Shown here: positions 48,019 through 56,489 of the stretch, piece by piece | How the letters are laid out: every line of letters starts with the position of its first letter | How positions within the stretch are numbered: the first letter of the stretch is position 1 | Assembly (NCBI GenBank): GCA_963774955.1 | Contig: CAVZGV010000003.1 | Span: forward strand, 192,771 to 256,770 | Origin: Candidatus Falkowbacteria bacterium | GTDB lineage: Bacteria; Patescibacteriota; Patescibacteriia; CAIXNZ01 | DNA length: 64,000 nt | Reading direction: 5' to 3' | Program-made: the position numbers and the translations under genes | The notes under the pieces: generated by a model | The model's input: the letters and a program-made list of their open reading frames with translations, nothing else | The model's database searches: none | Told to the model about the DNA's origin: nothing

Positions 48019-48603
48019 ATGAAAAACAAAAACCAAGATACGGAATCAATTTTTATTACCAAAAGCAAATTTTTATTATTACGCAAAATATTGCAGAACG
48101 TTCATGAGAATTTGGGCAAGGTTATTCAGATTTTAGAATCAGAACCGGAAAATTTTGATGGTTTTGAGGATTCTTTGAGTGGAATTTCCCAGTCATTAGG
48201 AGAAATCAGCAGAGATTTAGACGTGGCGGGGGATGGACGAGTTATTGAAGGGGTCTTTGATGGAGAAAAAATGATTGCCAGTGACGGACAGGAATATAGT
48301 ATTCCGGCTAATTATGCTTCGAAGTCAAAATTAGTTGAAGGCGATATTTTGAAACTATCCATAAATAAACGCGGTGACTTTTTATACAAACAAATCGGGC
48401 CGGTTGAACGCAAAAAGATTATCGGCACTTTGGGTCTGGACAAAAACGGTGATTTTTTTGTGGCCGCTGATAAGAAAAAATGGAAAGTTATTTCCGCCAG
48501 CGTAACCTATTTCAAGGGACAGCCTGGTGATGAAGTTGTGATCTTGGTACCCCAAGACGCTACCAGTAAATGGGCAGCTGTTGAAAATGTAGTTAAAAAG
48601 TAA
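48019..48603 (+). CDS. conserved hypothetical protein
   Basis: VIEGVFDGEKM..YSIPANYASKSKLVEGDILKL, YKQIGPVER. Confidence 0.8.
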   Translation: MKNKNQDTESIFITKSKFLLLRKILQNVHENLGKVIQILESEPENFDGFEDSLSGISQSLGEISRDLDVAGDGRVIEGVFDGEKMIASDGQEYSIPANYASKSKLVEGDILKLSINKRGDFLYKQIGPVERKKIIGTLGLDKNGDFFVAADKKKWKVISASVTYFKGQPGDEVVILVPQDATSKWAAVENVVKK

Positions 48604-48660
48604 AAAACACGGATTTTATTCACGGATTACACAGATAATTAATAATTAATATAATTATTT

Positions 48661-49305
48661 ATGAAAAAATTATTTTTTATTGTCATCTGTATCGCCATTG
48701 TTTTGTGCGTTAATGTTGTGAGCGCCGGAGCCCAAAATGGTGATGCCAATAGCGCTGTTACAAATATAAATTCAGTCAATGGTAATGGCGTTGAGGCCGG
48801 TCTTTTGCCTGATTCACCCTTTTATTTTCTCAAGGCATTATGGGAAAAAGTCAGGGAAACATTTACCTTAAGAAGCGAAGCTAAATTGCAGTACATGGAA
48901 AAACTTGGAGAGAAGAGAACTGCCGAGGCTGAAAAATTAATTGCCAAAGGCAAAACTGATGTCGCTGAAAAAGTAATGACTAAGTATAGTGAACGACTGC
49001 AAAAAATTGAGGCTTTGATTCAGAAGAAGGGAGAAAAATTGGATGAGAAATTAAATGCCACTCAGGAGCGGATTCAAAACAGATTTGAACATCGCAACGA
49101 GGTTTTACAGCGAGTTATGGATAAAGCGCCAGAGTCTGCACAGAAAGGGTTACAAAGAGCCTTGGATAATTCAAAAACCCAATTGCAAAGTCTGGAAGCC
49201 AGAATTCAGGATCGGATCCAAAAGCGAGATCAGCGAAATCAGCAGCTGAGGGGAAGATTAAACAATCAGAACGAGAATGATAATGTGAATGAAGTAGAAG
49301 ATTAA
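48661..49305 (+). CDS. secreted DUF5667-like protein
   Basis: Signal peptide; AGLLPDSPFYFLKALWEKV; coiled coil. Confidence 0.8.
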   Translation: MKKLFFIVICIAIVLCVNVVSAGAQNGDANSAVTNINSVNGNGVEAGLLPDSPFYFLKALWEKVRETFTLRSEAKLQYMEKLGEKRTAEAEKLIAKGKTDVAEKVMTKYSERLQKIEALIQKKGEKLDEKLNATQERIQNRFEHRNEVLQRVMDKAPESAQKGLQRALDNSKTQLQSLEARIQDRIQKRDQRNQQLRGRLNNQNENDNVNEVED

Positions 49306-49390
49306 TATAAAAGGAAAGCCGTTAGTTACTAAAATTAGCGGCTTTTTTGATACTTGATTTTCTGGACAGATTAGCTTAAAATGTACCTAT

Positions 49391-51106
49391 ATGAGTTTAG
49401 CATTATATCGAAAATATAGGCCGCAGAGGTGGGAGGAGCTGACCGGTCAGAATCATATTAAAATAACTTTGCAGCATGAAATTGAAGCAGGGAAGGTTAG
49501 TCATGCTTATCTTTTTACTGGTCCTCGGGGTATCGGTAAGACTACAACGGCACGTTTATTAGCCAAGTCTGTAAATTGTGAAAATCGTCAAGAGGGAATA
49601 AGCGAACCCTGCAATAAATGTGATGCTTGTTTAGAGTTAACCGCCGGTAATGACTTGGATATATTGGAGATTGATGCAGCCACTCATACTCAGGTAGATA
49701 ATGTACGTGAAAATATTATCGCCAATGCGCGCTTTACGCCGGTCAAAAGAAAATTTAAGGTTTTTATCATTGATGAAGTCCACATGCTGTCAATTTCGGC
49801 CTTTAACGCTTTGCTGAAGATTTTGGAAGAACCGCCGGCTCATGCTATTTTTATTTTGGCTACGACTGAAATTCATAAAGTCCCGGCTACGATAATTTCC
49901 CGCTGCCAGCGTTTTGATTTTAAAAAAGTTAATGCTGATGATCTTTTAAAACGCTTGTCTTGGATGTGCCAGCAGGAAGGGATAAAAGTAAGCAAAGATG
50001 TATTAATTGAAGTTAGTCGCCATAGCGAGGGTTCTTTGCGTGACGCTGAAAGTTTATTGGGTCAGCTTTTAGCTTTGGGTGAAAAGGAAATTACCGCAGA
50101 AGAAGCCAGTTTGGTTTTGCCTCATTCCAATTATAATTTGGTTTTAGAGCTGGTTAATGAATTAGTGGCTAAAAATATTGAAACCAGCCTTACCTTGGTT
50201 AATAAATTGGCGGATGAAGGCATTGATTTGGTTAAATTTTCTGAAGATTTGGTGGAATTTTTGCGGAAAATAATGTTAAGCAAAATATCAGGGGGCTTAA
50301 AGTCTTTCTCTTTTGATTTGGACGATGTCATGGAAAAGGCCATTTTAGAATTAAGTAAGAAATTTGAGATTAATGACCTTTTGCGCTTGATAAATCTGTT
50401 TATAAATAAAAAATCAGAGATAAAATCAGCGGTTATTCCGCAATTGCCGCTGGAAATTGCCATAATTGAATATTGCCAGAAAGAGGAACAAGCAGGGCCA
50501 GGCGGGAAAGACGGAAAGGACGGTGGGGCAGGTTCCTCCGGAGGAGATGGCGGGGGCGGTAAATCATTTGAGACAAAGAAGGTGCCCTCCTTCGCTCCCG
50601 GCGAAGCGGCGGAGGATAAAGTGAATAAAAGTCAAGAAAGTGGCATAAGTAATGCCACTTTAAAAAATGAAAATTCTATAGCCAGCCTTAAAAATATTAA
50701 GAAAATTGAAACAACTCTTGACGAAATTAAATCCAAATGGCATAATTTTTTAGTAAAGCTTCAGGATTCCAATGCATCCTTGGTTTTTATATTAAAAGTG
50801 GCAGAGCCTTTGGAGTTGAATGATAATGTATTAAAAATCGGGTTTAAGTATGCTTTTCATCAGCAAAGAGTTAAGCAGAAAAAGATTTCAGACGCGATTG
50901 AAAGTTTTTTGCTGAATTTTTTTGGAGAAGAAATTTATATTGAAACATGTTTGTTGTCTAAAGATCATGAAAGTGAAATAATCAAACAGGAAACTAAAAA
51001 TGACGAAGTGGAAATGCTAGAGGAATTACCGCCAAACCAAGCTCTTGACCAGCAGACACTTATTGATACCTTGGTTAAAACTTTTAACGGTAAGGTTGTT
51101 GAATAA
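49391..51106 (+). CDS. dnaX: DNA polymerase III subunit gamma/tau
   Basis: LYRKYRPQ, GPRGIGKTT, EIDAA, IIDEVHML, AFNALLKILEEPP, SRCQRF. Confidence 0.97.
   Translation: MSLALYRKYRPQRWEELTGQNHIKITLQHEIEAGKVSHAYLFTGPRGIGKTTTARLLAKSVNCENRQEGISEPCNKCDACLELTAGNDLDILEIDAATHTQVDNVRENIIANARFTPVKRKFKVFIIDEVHMLSISAFNALLKILEEPPAHAIFILATTEIHKVPATIISRCQRFDFKKVNADDLLKRLSWMCQQEGIKVSKDVLIEVSRHSEGSLRDAESLLGQLLALGEKEITAEEASLVLPHSNYNLVLELVNELVAKNIETSLTLVNKLADEGIDLVKFSEDLVEFLRKIMLSKISGGLKSFSFDLDDVMEKAILELSKKFEINDLLRLINLFINKKSEIKSAVIPQLPLEIAIIEYCQKEEQAGPGGKDGKDGGAGSSGGDGGGGKSFETKKVPSFAPGEAAEDKVNKSQESGISNATLKNENSIASLKNIKKIETTLDEIKSKWHNFLVKLQDSNASLVFILKVAEPLELNDNVLKIGFKYAFHQQRVKQKKISDAIESFLLNFFGEEIYIETCLLSKDHESEIIKQETKNDEVEMLEELPPNQALDQQTLIDTLVKTFNGKVVE
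50585..50620 (+). repeat. 36-bp palindromic element in frame within dnaX
   Basis: CCCTCCTTCGC-TCCCGGCGAA-GCGGCGGAGGATAAA encodes PSFAPGEAAEDK. Confidence 0.6.
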
Positions 51107-51120
51107 TTTGTAGGCAAAAC

Positions 51121-51220
51121 TCGGGGATCGTCTAATGGTAGGACAACAGGTTCTGGACCTGTTTATCGGGGTTCGCCACGTCATCCGACGTGGCGCCCTG
51201 TCGAATGACAGGGCGAATCC
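51121..51220 (+). pseudogene. interrupted/truncated tRNA-Gln(CTG) copy 1
   Basis: Identical to the intact tRNA up to TTCG, then a 40-nt insert and AATCC; no 3' acceptor strand. Confidence 0.85.
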
Positions 51221-51234
51221 TCTCACTTTAAATT

Positions 51235-51507
51235 ATGTATTATTTATATATCCTTTTATTAAATAACAAGCAGTTATATACTGGCTATACCAATGATTTA
51301 AAACGGAGAATAAAGGAGCATCAATTGGGCAAGGTTGATTTTACCAGCCAAAGATTACCAGTTAAGTTAATACATTATGAGGCTTATTTATTGAAGGAAG
51401 ATGCAGTAAGGCGAGAGAAGTATTTGAAAACTACGGAAGGAAAAAGGTTTTTAAAGCAACAAATAAGGGATCTTTTAATTAAAGAGGGAGTTATTGAAGA
51501 TTTGTAG
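51235..51507 (+). CDS. small GIY-YIG nuclease (copy 1)
   Basis: YLYIL..LYTGYTNDLKRRIKEH..EAY..AVRREKYLK. Confidence 0.92.
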   Translation: MYYLYILLLNNKQLYTGYTNDLKRRIKEHQLGKVDFTSQRLPVKLIHYEAYLLKEDAVRREKYLKTTEGKRFLKQQIRDLLIKEGVIEDL

Positions 51508-51514
51508 GCAATGT

Positions 51515-51614
51515 TCGGGGATCGTCTAATGGTAGGACAACAGGTTCTGGACCTGTTTATCGGGGTTCGCCACGTCATCCGACGTGGCGCCCTGTCGAAT
51601 GACAGGGCGAATCC
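51515..51614 (+). pseudogene. interrupted/truncated tRNA-Gln(CTG) copy 2
   Basis: Same structure as copy 1. Confidence 0.85.
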
Positions 51615-51628
51615 TCTCACTTTAAATT

Positions 51629-51901
51629 ATGTATTATTTATATATCCTTTTATTAAATAACAAGCAGTTATATACTGGCTATACCAATGATTTAAAACGG
51701 AGAATAAAGGAGCATCAATTGGGCAAGGTTGATTTTACCAGCCAAAGATTACCAGTTAAGTTAATACATTATGAGGCTTATTTATTGAAGGAAGATGCAG
51801 TAAGGCGAGAGAAGTATTTGAAAACTACGGAAGGGAAAAGGTTTTTAAAGCAACAAATAAGGGATCTTTTAATTAAAGAGGGAGTTATTAAAAATTTGTA
51901 G
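51629..51901 (+). CDS. small GIY-YIG nuclease (copy 2)
   Basis: As copy 1, ends VIKNL. Confidence 0.92.
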   Translation: MYYLYILLLNNKQLYTGYTNDLKRRIKEHQLGKVDFTSQRLPVKLIHYEAYLLKEDAVRREKYLKTTEGKRFLKQQIRDLLIKEGVIKNL

Positions 51902-51908
51902 GCAATGT

Positions 51909-52008
51909 TCGGGGATCGTCTAATGGTAGGACAACAGGTTCTGGACCTGTTTATCGGGGTTCGCCACGTCATCCGACGTGGCGCCCTGTCGAATGACAGG
52001 GCGAATCC
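51909..52008 (+). pseudogene. interrupted/truncated tRNA-Gln(CTG) copy 3
   Basis: Same structure as copy 1. Confidence 0.85.
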
Positions 52009-52022
52009 TCTCACTTTAAATT

Positions 52023-52295
52023 ATGTATTATTTATATATCCTTTTATTAAATAACAAGCAGTTATATACTGGCTATACCAATGATTTAAAACGGAGAATA
52101 AAGGAGCATCAATTGGGCAAGGTTGATTTTACCAGCCAAAGATTACCAGTTAAGTTAATACATTATGAGGCTTATTTATTGAAGGAAGATGCAGTAAGGC
52201 GAGAGAAGTATTTGAAAACTACGGAAGGGAAAAGGTTTTTAAAGCAACAAATAAGGGATCTTTTAATTAAAGAGGGAGTTATTAAAAATTTGTAG
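52023..52295 (+). CDS. small GIY-YIG nuclease (copy 3)
   Basis: Protein identical to copy 2. Confidence 0.92.
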   Translation: MYYLYILLLNNKQLYTGYTNDLKRRIKEHQLGKVDFTSQRLPVKLIHYEAYLLKEDAVRREKYLKTTEGKRFLKQQIRDLLIKEGVIKNL

Positions 52296-52302
52296 GCAAT
52301 GT

Positions 52303-52373
52303 TCGGGGATCGTCTAATGGTAGGACAACAGGTTCTGGACCTGTTTATCGGGGTTCGAATCCCTGTCCCCGAG
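52303..52373 (+). tRNA. tRNA-Gln (anticodon CTG), intact, CCA not encoded
   Basis: Acceptor TCGGGGA/TCCCCGA, anticodon arm ACAGG-TTCTGGA-CCTGT, T-arm CGGGG-TTCGAAT-CCCTG, discriminator G. Confidence 0.95.
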
Positions 52374-52389
52374 CTTTGTCTATAAAAGA

Positions 52390-52423
52390 AAAAGAGTCCC
52401 GCTACGCGGGACTCTTTGGTTTT
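52390..52423. terminator. bidirectional terminator
   Basis: AAAGAGTCCCGC-TAC-GCGGGACTCTTT. Confidence 0.75.
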
Positions 52424-54108
52424 TACTTGAGGGCTTTCAGCAATTTCTTCTTGAGATTGAGAAAACCTGATTTGGTGTAAGCATTTTGTACAGCTTCTTT
52501 GAAAAGATCGCTGTAAAAAGGCTTGGCACATTTTTCAAAGTCTGTGACTTCTTTATCTCGGTAATACTCGGCTGTCTTGAGAATGCGTTCCCAAAGCAGC
52601 TGTTCGGTTTCTTTGGCGCTGAAGCCGATTTCCCGATAAAACTTTCTCATCCGTTCAAAGATGACGGGGCCGTGAATCGTTTCCATCAGATTCCACATCT
52701 TTGGCCAGCTTGATAAAGGTACGAATAGGATGTGTGCGTCAACGCTTACATCTCTTTGGTTCAGGACACTCTCTGGAGTGAAAATATTTTCCAGGAGATA
52801 GTCGCGAAGTATTTTGTTTTTGCTCATGATTTCCAAGAGCAGATTGCCCGGTAATTTCTCAAAGGCATAGAGTAGCAGGGACTCATGGTGCTGGGCAAGA
52901 ATATCAGCGATTATTTCGCTTTGAAATTCGCTTTCTAAAACATCCTGCAATGTATCCCGCTTCAGCTCATACCAACGCAGTTTTTGCTGCCAGGGAACAT
53001 CTTCAGCCTTGATCACGTCCAGGATATTCTCAGCGCTGAGTTTTTTCGGTTTTTCAAAAATGAGATGCAGGCAGGCCAGTCTGTCTGAAGCGTCAGTTGC
53101 CTCATACAATGAAGTGACCAGGGCATTAATGTTTCCGTCGCTATTTCCCCTAAGTAGTTCCTTGGCGGAAGTATAGCGTAACTCTGAAGTTTTGTTTAGG
53201 TCAGCCAGGATATAAAGCTGGGTATAGTATTGTTCGTAAAGTCTGCCTTCACCCTTGGCTGCCAAAATGCTTTGCAAGTAATTGATTGTTTTCAGCGTTG
53301 TCCTGATTTGCGCTTGGTGCCAAGGCTTAAGTTCATCAGGAATTCCCTGGAAGTTGCTCCATTTGGCCAGTAGTTTTTTCTTGAGTTGTTTGTCGCCAAG
53401 CTGTTCTGTGATTTTAACCAGATCTTCAGCTTCCAACGGAGCTTTGGGGGTGTCAGATACCAGCAGCGACAGATAATAAGTATCCAGCAGGATTACCGGC
53501 TTATCAGTGTCCATTTTATAGATTCCCCGTTTTCTGGCTTGGGGATTACTGGGATCAAATTTCTGCCGGAAAAACTTGAACAGCTGATGCTGGCCTTCAA
53601 ACCAAGCAATTTCTTTGTGTAGCTTCCGGAATTCCTCAAGACCGTCCCAGTTACTCGCAGGGTTGGCCAGCAGACGTTCGGAAATTTCCCGATGCCAGAT
53701 GATTTCCTTACTTTCTCCTGGCAAGCGGACTTTATTGGCATTTTTCCCGGATTTGGTCGACCATTCATTATCCTTTCGGATATTGCTGGCGGCCACATCT
53801 GAAATTTTTGTCCAGCCGGCCTGGAAAATTTCCATCAGGCTTCTGGTCTGAAGAATCATGACTGCTTTGTCCAGGTCATTATCAGAGAGCAGGTGTAAAC
53901 CAAAATTGATAATGCCCAGCACACAGTATGACGCCTGAATCAGGTAAACTTCAAAGGTTACTTTGTAGTACTTCTTGGCAAATTCATAGGTCATACCCGC
54001 CCCGTCCTTTTTCATCTTTTGTAAAAAAGAGCCCTCAAACGATCCACGTTCAAGGGCTTGAAAAAGGAGTAAGCGGGTATCTTTGCGGACAATTGCGGTA
54101 CCCGCCAT
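52423..54108 (-). CDS. hypothetical protein, possible AtcC-like
   Basis: SD AAGGAG before ATG 54108; fourth gene of the J-domain operon. Confidence 0.6.
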   Translation of the reverse strand: MAGTAIVRKDTRLLLFQALERGSFEGSFLQKMKKDGAGMTYEFAKKYYKVTFEVYLIQASYCVLGIINFGLHLLSDNDLDKAVMILQTRSLMEIFQAGWTKISDVAASNIRKDNEWSTKSGKNANKVRLPGESKEIIWHREISERLLANPASNWDGLEEFRKLHKEIAWFEGQHQLFKFFRQKFDPSNPQARKRGIYKMDTDKPVILLDTYYLSLLVSDTPKAPLEAEDLVKITEQLGDKQLKKKLLAKWSNFQGIPDELKPWHQAQIRTTLKTINYLQSILAAKGEGRLYEQYYTQLYILADLNKTSELRYTSAKELLRGNSDGNINALVTSLYEATDASDRLACLHLIFEKPKKLSAENILDVIKAEDVPWQQKLRWYELKRDTLQDVLESEFQSEIIADILAQHHESLLLYAFEKLPGNLLLEIMSKNKILRDYLLENIFTPESVLNQRDVSVDAHILFVPLSSWPKMWNLMETIHGPVIFERMRKFYREIGFSAKETEQLLWERILKTAEYYRDKEVTDFEKCAKPFYSDLFKEAVQNAYTKSGFLNLKKKLLKALK

Positions 54109-54124
54109 GGTTTTCTCCTTTCGG

Positions 54125-54952
54125 TTATTTTTTCTTGACCTCGAACATACTGACGTATTCTTCGCTGTCATCCTTGGTCTCGCCCATTGCCTCCTGGGCA
54201 GCGGCACGCAGATCAAGAATGTGATCCATCAGCGTATCCCAGGTTTCATTGCGTTGTTCCTGCAGGCTGATGAAATTAGTAATGCGTTGAGCCAGCTCCG
54301 GAGTGACTTCTTCAATCACGTGCATGAGGGACTCAAGCATTTCATGATAGCTGAGATCTTTGCTGATGACTCGTTTGGCCATCCTTGCGAAATACTCTTC
54401 GGGCATTTCTGCCTGAGTATCTTCGTCGTCGCCCAAATCGTCATCGTCGTCGTCCGCAAGCATTTCCGGACCCTGGTCATCATCGTCATCAATGACTTCC
54501 AGGCCGATGAAGGGGAAACAGAGGTAGAAAAACGTGTTGTCGTTTTCCGCCAGAGTTTCCAAGATTTCTTTCTGCCGTTCCTGATTATCCGTGGTCAGGA
54601 TCATCAAGGCCAGGAGATTGAGGGCATTGGACTGAATCTGCACGATGTTATCGTTCAGCAAGTTTTCCCAGTCCATCGGATCCATGACCAACATGGCTGC
54701 CAGTCTTTTGGGATCGGCCAGCCAGGCGGAAATCGCAGGCACCGTGACGTCATGACCTCTGAGGATCTGACCGAGTTCAATCGGATTCAGACCTTCAAGG
54801 ACTTGAATCGCCGACTGATCGCCTTCGACATGGGCAATGGCTGCCAGCGCTGAGTCAGCCTTTTGACCGGAAGTACCGGCCAGCTCTTTGACAGCCAGCG
54901 TTCTTTCCGGCAGCGGCATTTTTACCAGTTCGTCATTCTTCAGCATATTCAT
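54125..54952 (-). CDS. acidic hypothetical protein, possible AtcB-like
   Basis: 275-aa ORF with Asp-rich tract; third gene of the operon. Confidence 0.6.
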   Translation of the reverse strand: MNMLKNDELVKMPLPERTLAVKELAGTSGQKADSALAAIAHVEGDQSAIQVLEGLNPIELGQILRGHDVTVPAISAWLADPKRLAAMLVMDPMDWENLLNDNIVQIQSNALNLLALMILTTDNQERQKEILETLAENDNTFFYLCFPFIGLEVIDDDDDQGPEMLADDDDDDLGDDEDTQAEMPEEYFARMAKRVISKDLSYHEMLESLMHVIEEVTPELAQRITNFISLQEQRNETWDTLMDHILDLRAAAQEAMGETKDDSEEYVSMFEVKKK

Positions 54953-55433
54953 CTTCGTTTTCTTCTCCCTTCATTAATTCGTCAACCGAGGTGACGGTTT
55001 CGTCTGTGTTTTTGGAAACTGCCAGGCGTTCAAAAGCGGAGCCATCAGCTCTGACTACTTTGTCAGCCTGACCGAGTAAGAAGGCGACGACCACAGCTTT
55101 TTGGGCCAGGTCATCGTTAAAGTCTCTGATTTCCTGAACAAAGCCGAGTGCCGGCTTTTTGATTTTAATATCGTCCCAGCCCGGCAGTTCGCCGTCGCAG
55201 AGACAAAGTAGGCAGCTTTTTTCATCTGCAAATTTGACCATGCCAAAGAGGGCCAGGGCCAAATAGTAATTCGTTTCCTCCATAATTTCACCGACTTTTC
55301 CGGTTAAATTTTGGAGAAAACTTTGGCACGTTTTCCGAAGACTACTTGGGTCGTCGGGATCGTTATAGCTGTCGAATACTTCGACTGCTTCCTGAAATAT
55401 GTCCTCCAAATCGACCGGAATACGAATTTCCAT
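54933..55433 (-). CDS. acidic hypothetical protein, possible AtcA-like
   Basis: GGAGG SD; second gene of the operon. Confidence 0.6.
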   Translation of the reverse strand: MEIRIPVDLEDIFQEAVEVFDSYNDPDDPSSLRKTCQSFLQNLTGKVGEIMEETNYYLALALFGMVKFADEKSCLLCLCDGELPGWDDIKIKKPALGFVQEIRDFNDDLAQKAVVVAFLLGQADKVVRADGSAFERLAVSKNTDETVTSVDELMKGEENEDEYAEE

Positions 55434-55439
55434 TTTTTT

Positions 55440-55739
55440 TCAGCCCCTCCTTGTTTTCAACCCTTGTTTAACCAATGTTTCCCAGAGATCTTGCAAAAAC
55501 GCCAGTGGCTTGTCAGTCACGGCGCTTTTTTTGCCCTGATCATATTCATAGCGAGTCTTGGGGTCAGAAAGCGTGTCATATGCCTTTTGAATGGCCTCGA
55601 ATTTATTTCTGGCCTGCGGATCAGGGTTTTTATCAGGATGGAATTGCGAAACCAACTGCCGATAAGCTTTTTTGATCTCAGGCAGGGAAGCAGTCTTGCG
55701 TACACCCAAAACTTCATATAAATCAAGATTTTTGTCCAT
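55440..55739 (-). CDS. short J-domain protein with C-terminal PX7W (AtcJ-like)
   Basis: [27 protein letters not shown]; tail PLAFLQDLW. Confidence 0.85.
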   Translation of the reverse strand: MDKNLDLYEVLGVRKTASLPEIKKAYRQLVSQFHPDKNPDPQARNKFEAIQKAYDTLSDPKTRYEYDQGKKSAVTDKPLAFLQDLWETLVKQGLKTRRG

Positions 55740-55776
55740 ATTTATGCTCCTTTCAAGGTACATTCTGGATTTTCGA

Positions 55777-55805
55777 AGCTTAGCAGTATTTTCCCATTTT
55801 GTCAA
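55777..55805 (-). promoter_or_regulatory. sigma70-type promoter of the J-domain operon
   Basis: TTGACA-17 nt-TAAGCT with extended TG on the minus strand. Confidence 0.65.
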
Positions 55806-55919
55806 GCGTTTTTCGGTCCAATAAAGAGAGTTTGAAAAACTGTTTTTTGCTATTAGTTACTTTAGTAGGCTATAATTGATTCTGAAATAAAACAGGCGAG
55901 CTAACTGTATATATTTGAT

Positions 55920-56489
55920 ATGTTACATCCTGAATTAAAGGATGAGCAATTGGTAATAATAATCAGGGAAAAAGATCAGGAGGTTTACAGCGAGTTAATG
56001 CAACGTTATCAGACCAAACTCATCCATTATTTGCGTAAATTCATTAAAAGCCACGATGAACTTGAAGATGTCCTTCAGGAGGTTTTTATTAAGGTTTACC
56101 GTAATATCTTCGACTTTGATGCTACTAAGAAATTTTCTCCCTGGATTTATCGTATTGCTCATAACGAAGCTGTAAATTATTTAAAAAAACATAGCAAGGA
56201 TGGCATCTCACTTGATGATAAAGAATGGGAAATCGTAGATAAAAAAATAGACATCAAAGAGGAGGTGGAAAATAAATTACTTAGACCCAAGATTGAACAG
56301 GGCTTGGTAGCGCTTAAAGATAAATATCGGGAGCCTTTAATATTATATTTTTTTGAACAAAAGACTTATGAAGAGATCAGCGATATTATGCGTTTGCCGG
56401 TCAATACGGTGGGAACTCTGATCTCGCGCGGTAAAATAAAGCTTAAACAATATTTGCAAAAAGAATTGTATGACAAATTCCCAAAATAA
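55920..56489 (+). CDS. ECF RNA polymerase sigma factor
   Basis: EDVLQEVFIKVY, FSPWIYRIAHN, TYEEISDIMRLPVNTVGTLISRGK. Confidence 0.93.
   Translation: MLHPELKDEQLVIIIREKDQEVYSELMQRYQTKLIHYLRKFIKSHDELEDVLQEVFIKVYRNIFDFDATKKFSPWIYRIAHNEAVNYLKKHSKDGISLDDKEWEIVDKKIDIKEEVENKLLRPKIEQGLVALKDKYREPLILYFFEQKTYEEISDIMRLPVNTVGTLISRGKIKLKQYLQKELYDKFPK

Larger units (their letters stand above)
51121..52302 (+). repeat. three tandem 394-bp units (5' tRNA-Gln, double hairpin, GIY-YIG gene)
   Basis: Units start at 51121, 51515 and 51909; unit 1 differs from units 2 and 3 at three positions I could see. Confidence 0.95.

Noticed and set aside
51121-52302. Group I/II intron or integrase-type island in the tRNA
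   Set aside because: No recognisable ribozyme core and no integrase; the non-coding part of each unit is too short
51026-52531. Minus-strand ORFs MRGFALSFDRAPRR... repeated with the array
   Set aside because: Antisense translations of the tRNA, hairpin and GIY-YIG repeat
54083-54853. 256-aa plus-strand ORF
   Set aside because: Antisense shadow of the minus-strand operon genes, which have the operon promoter and SD sites
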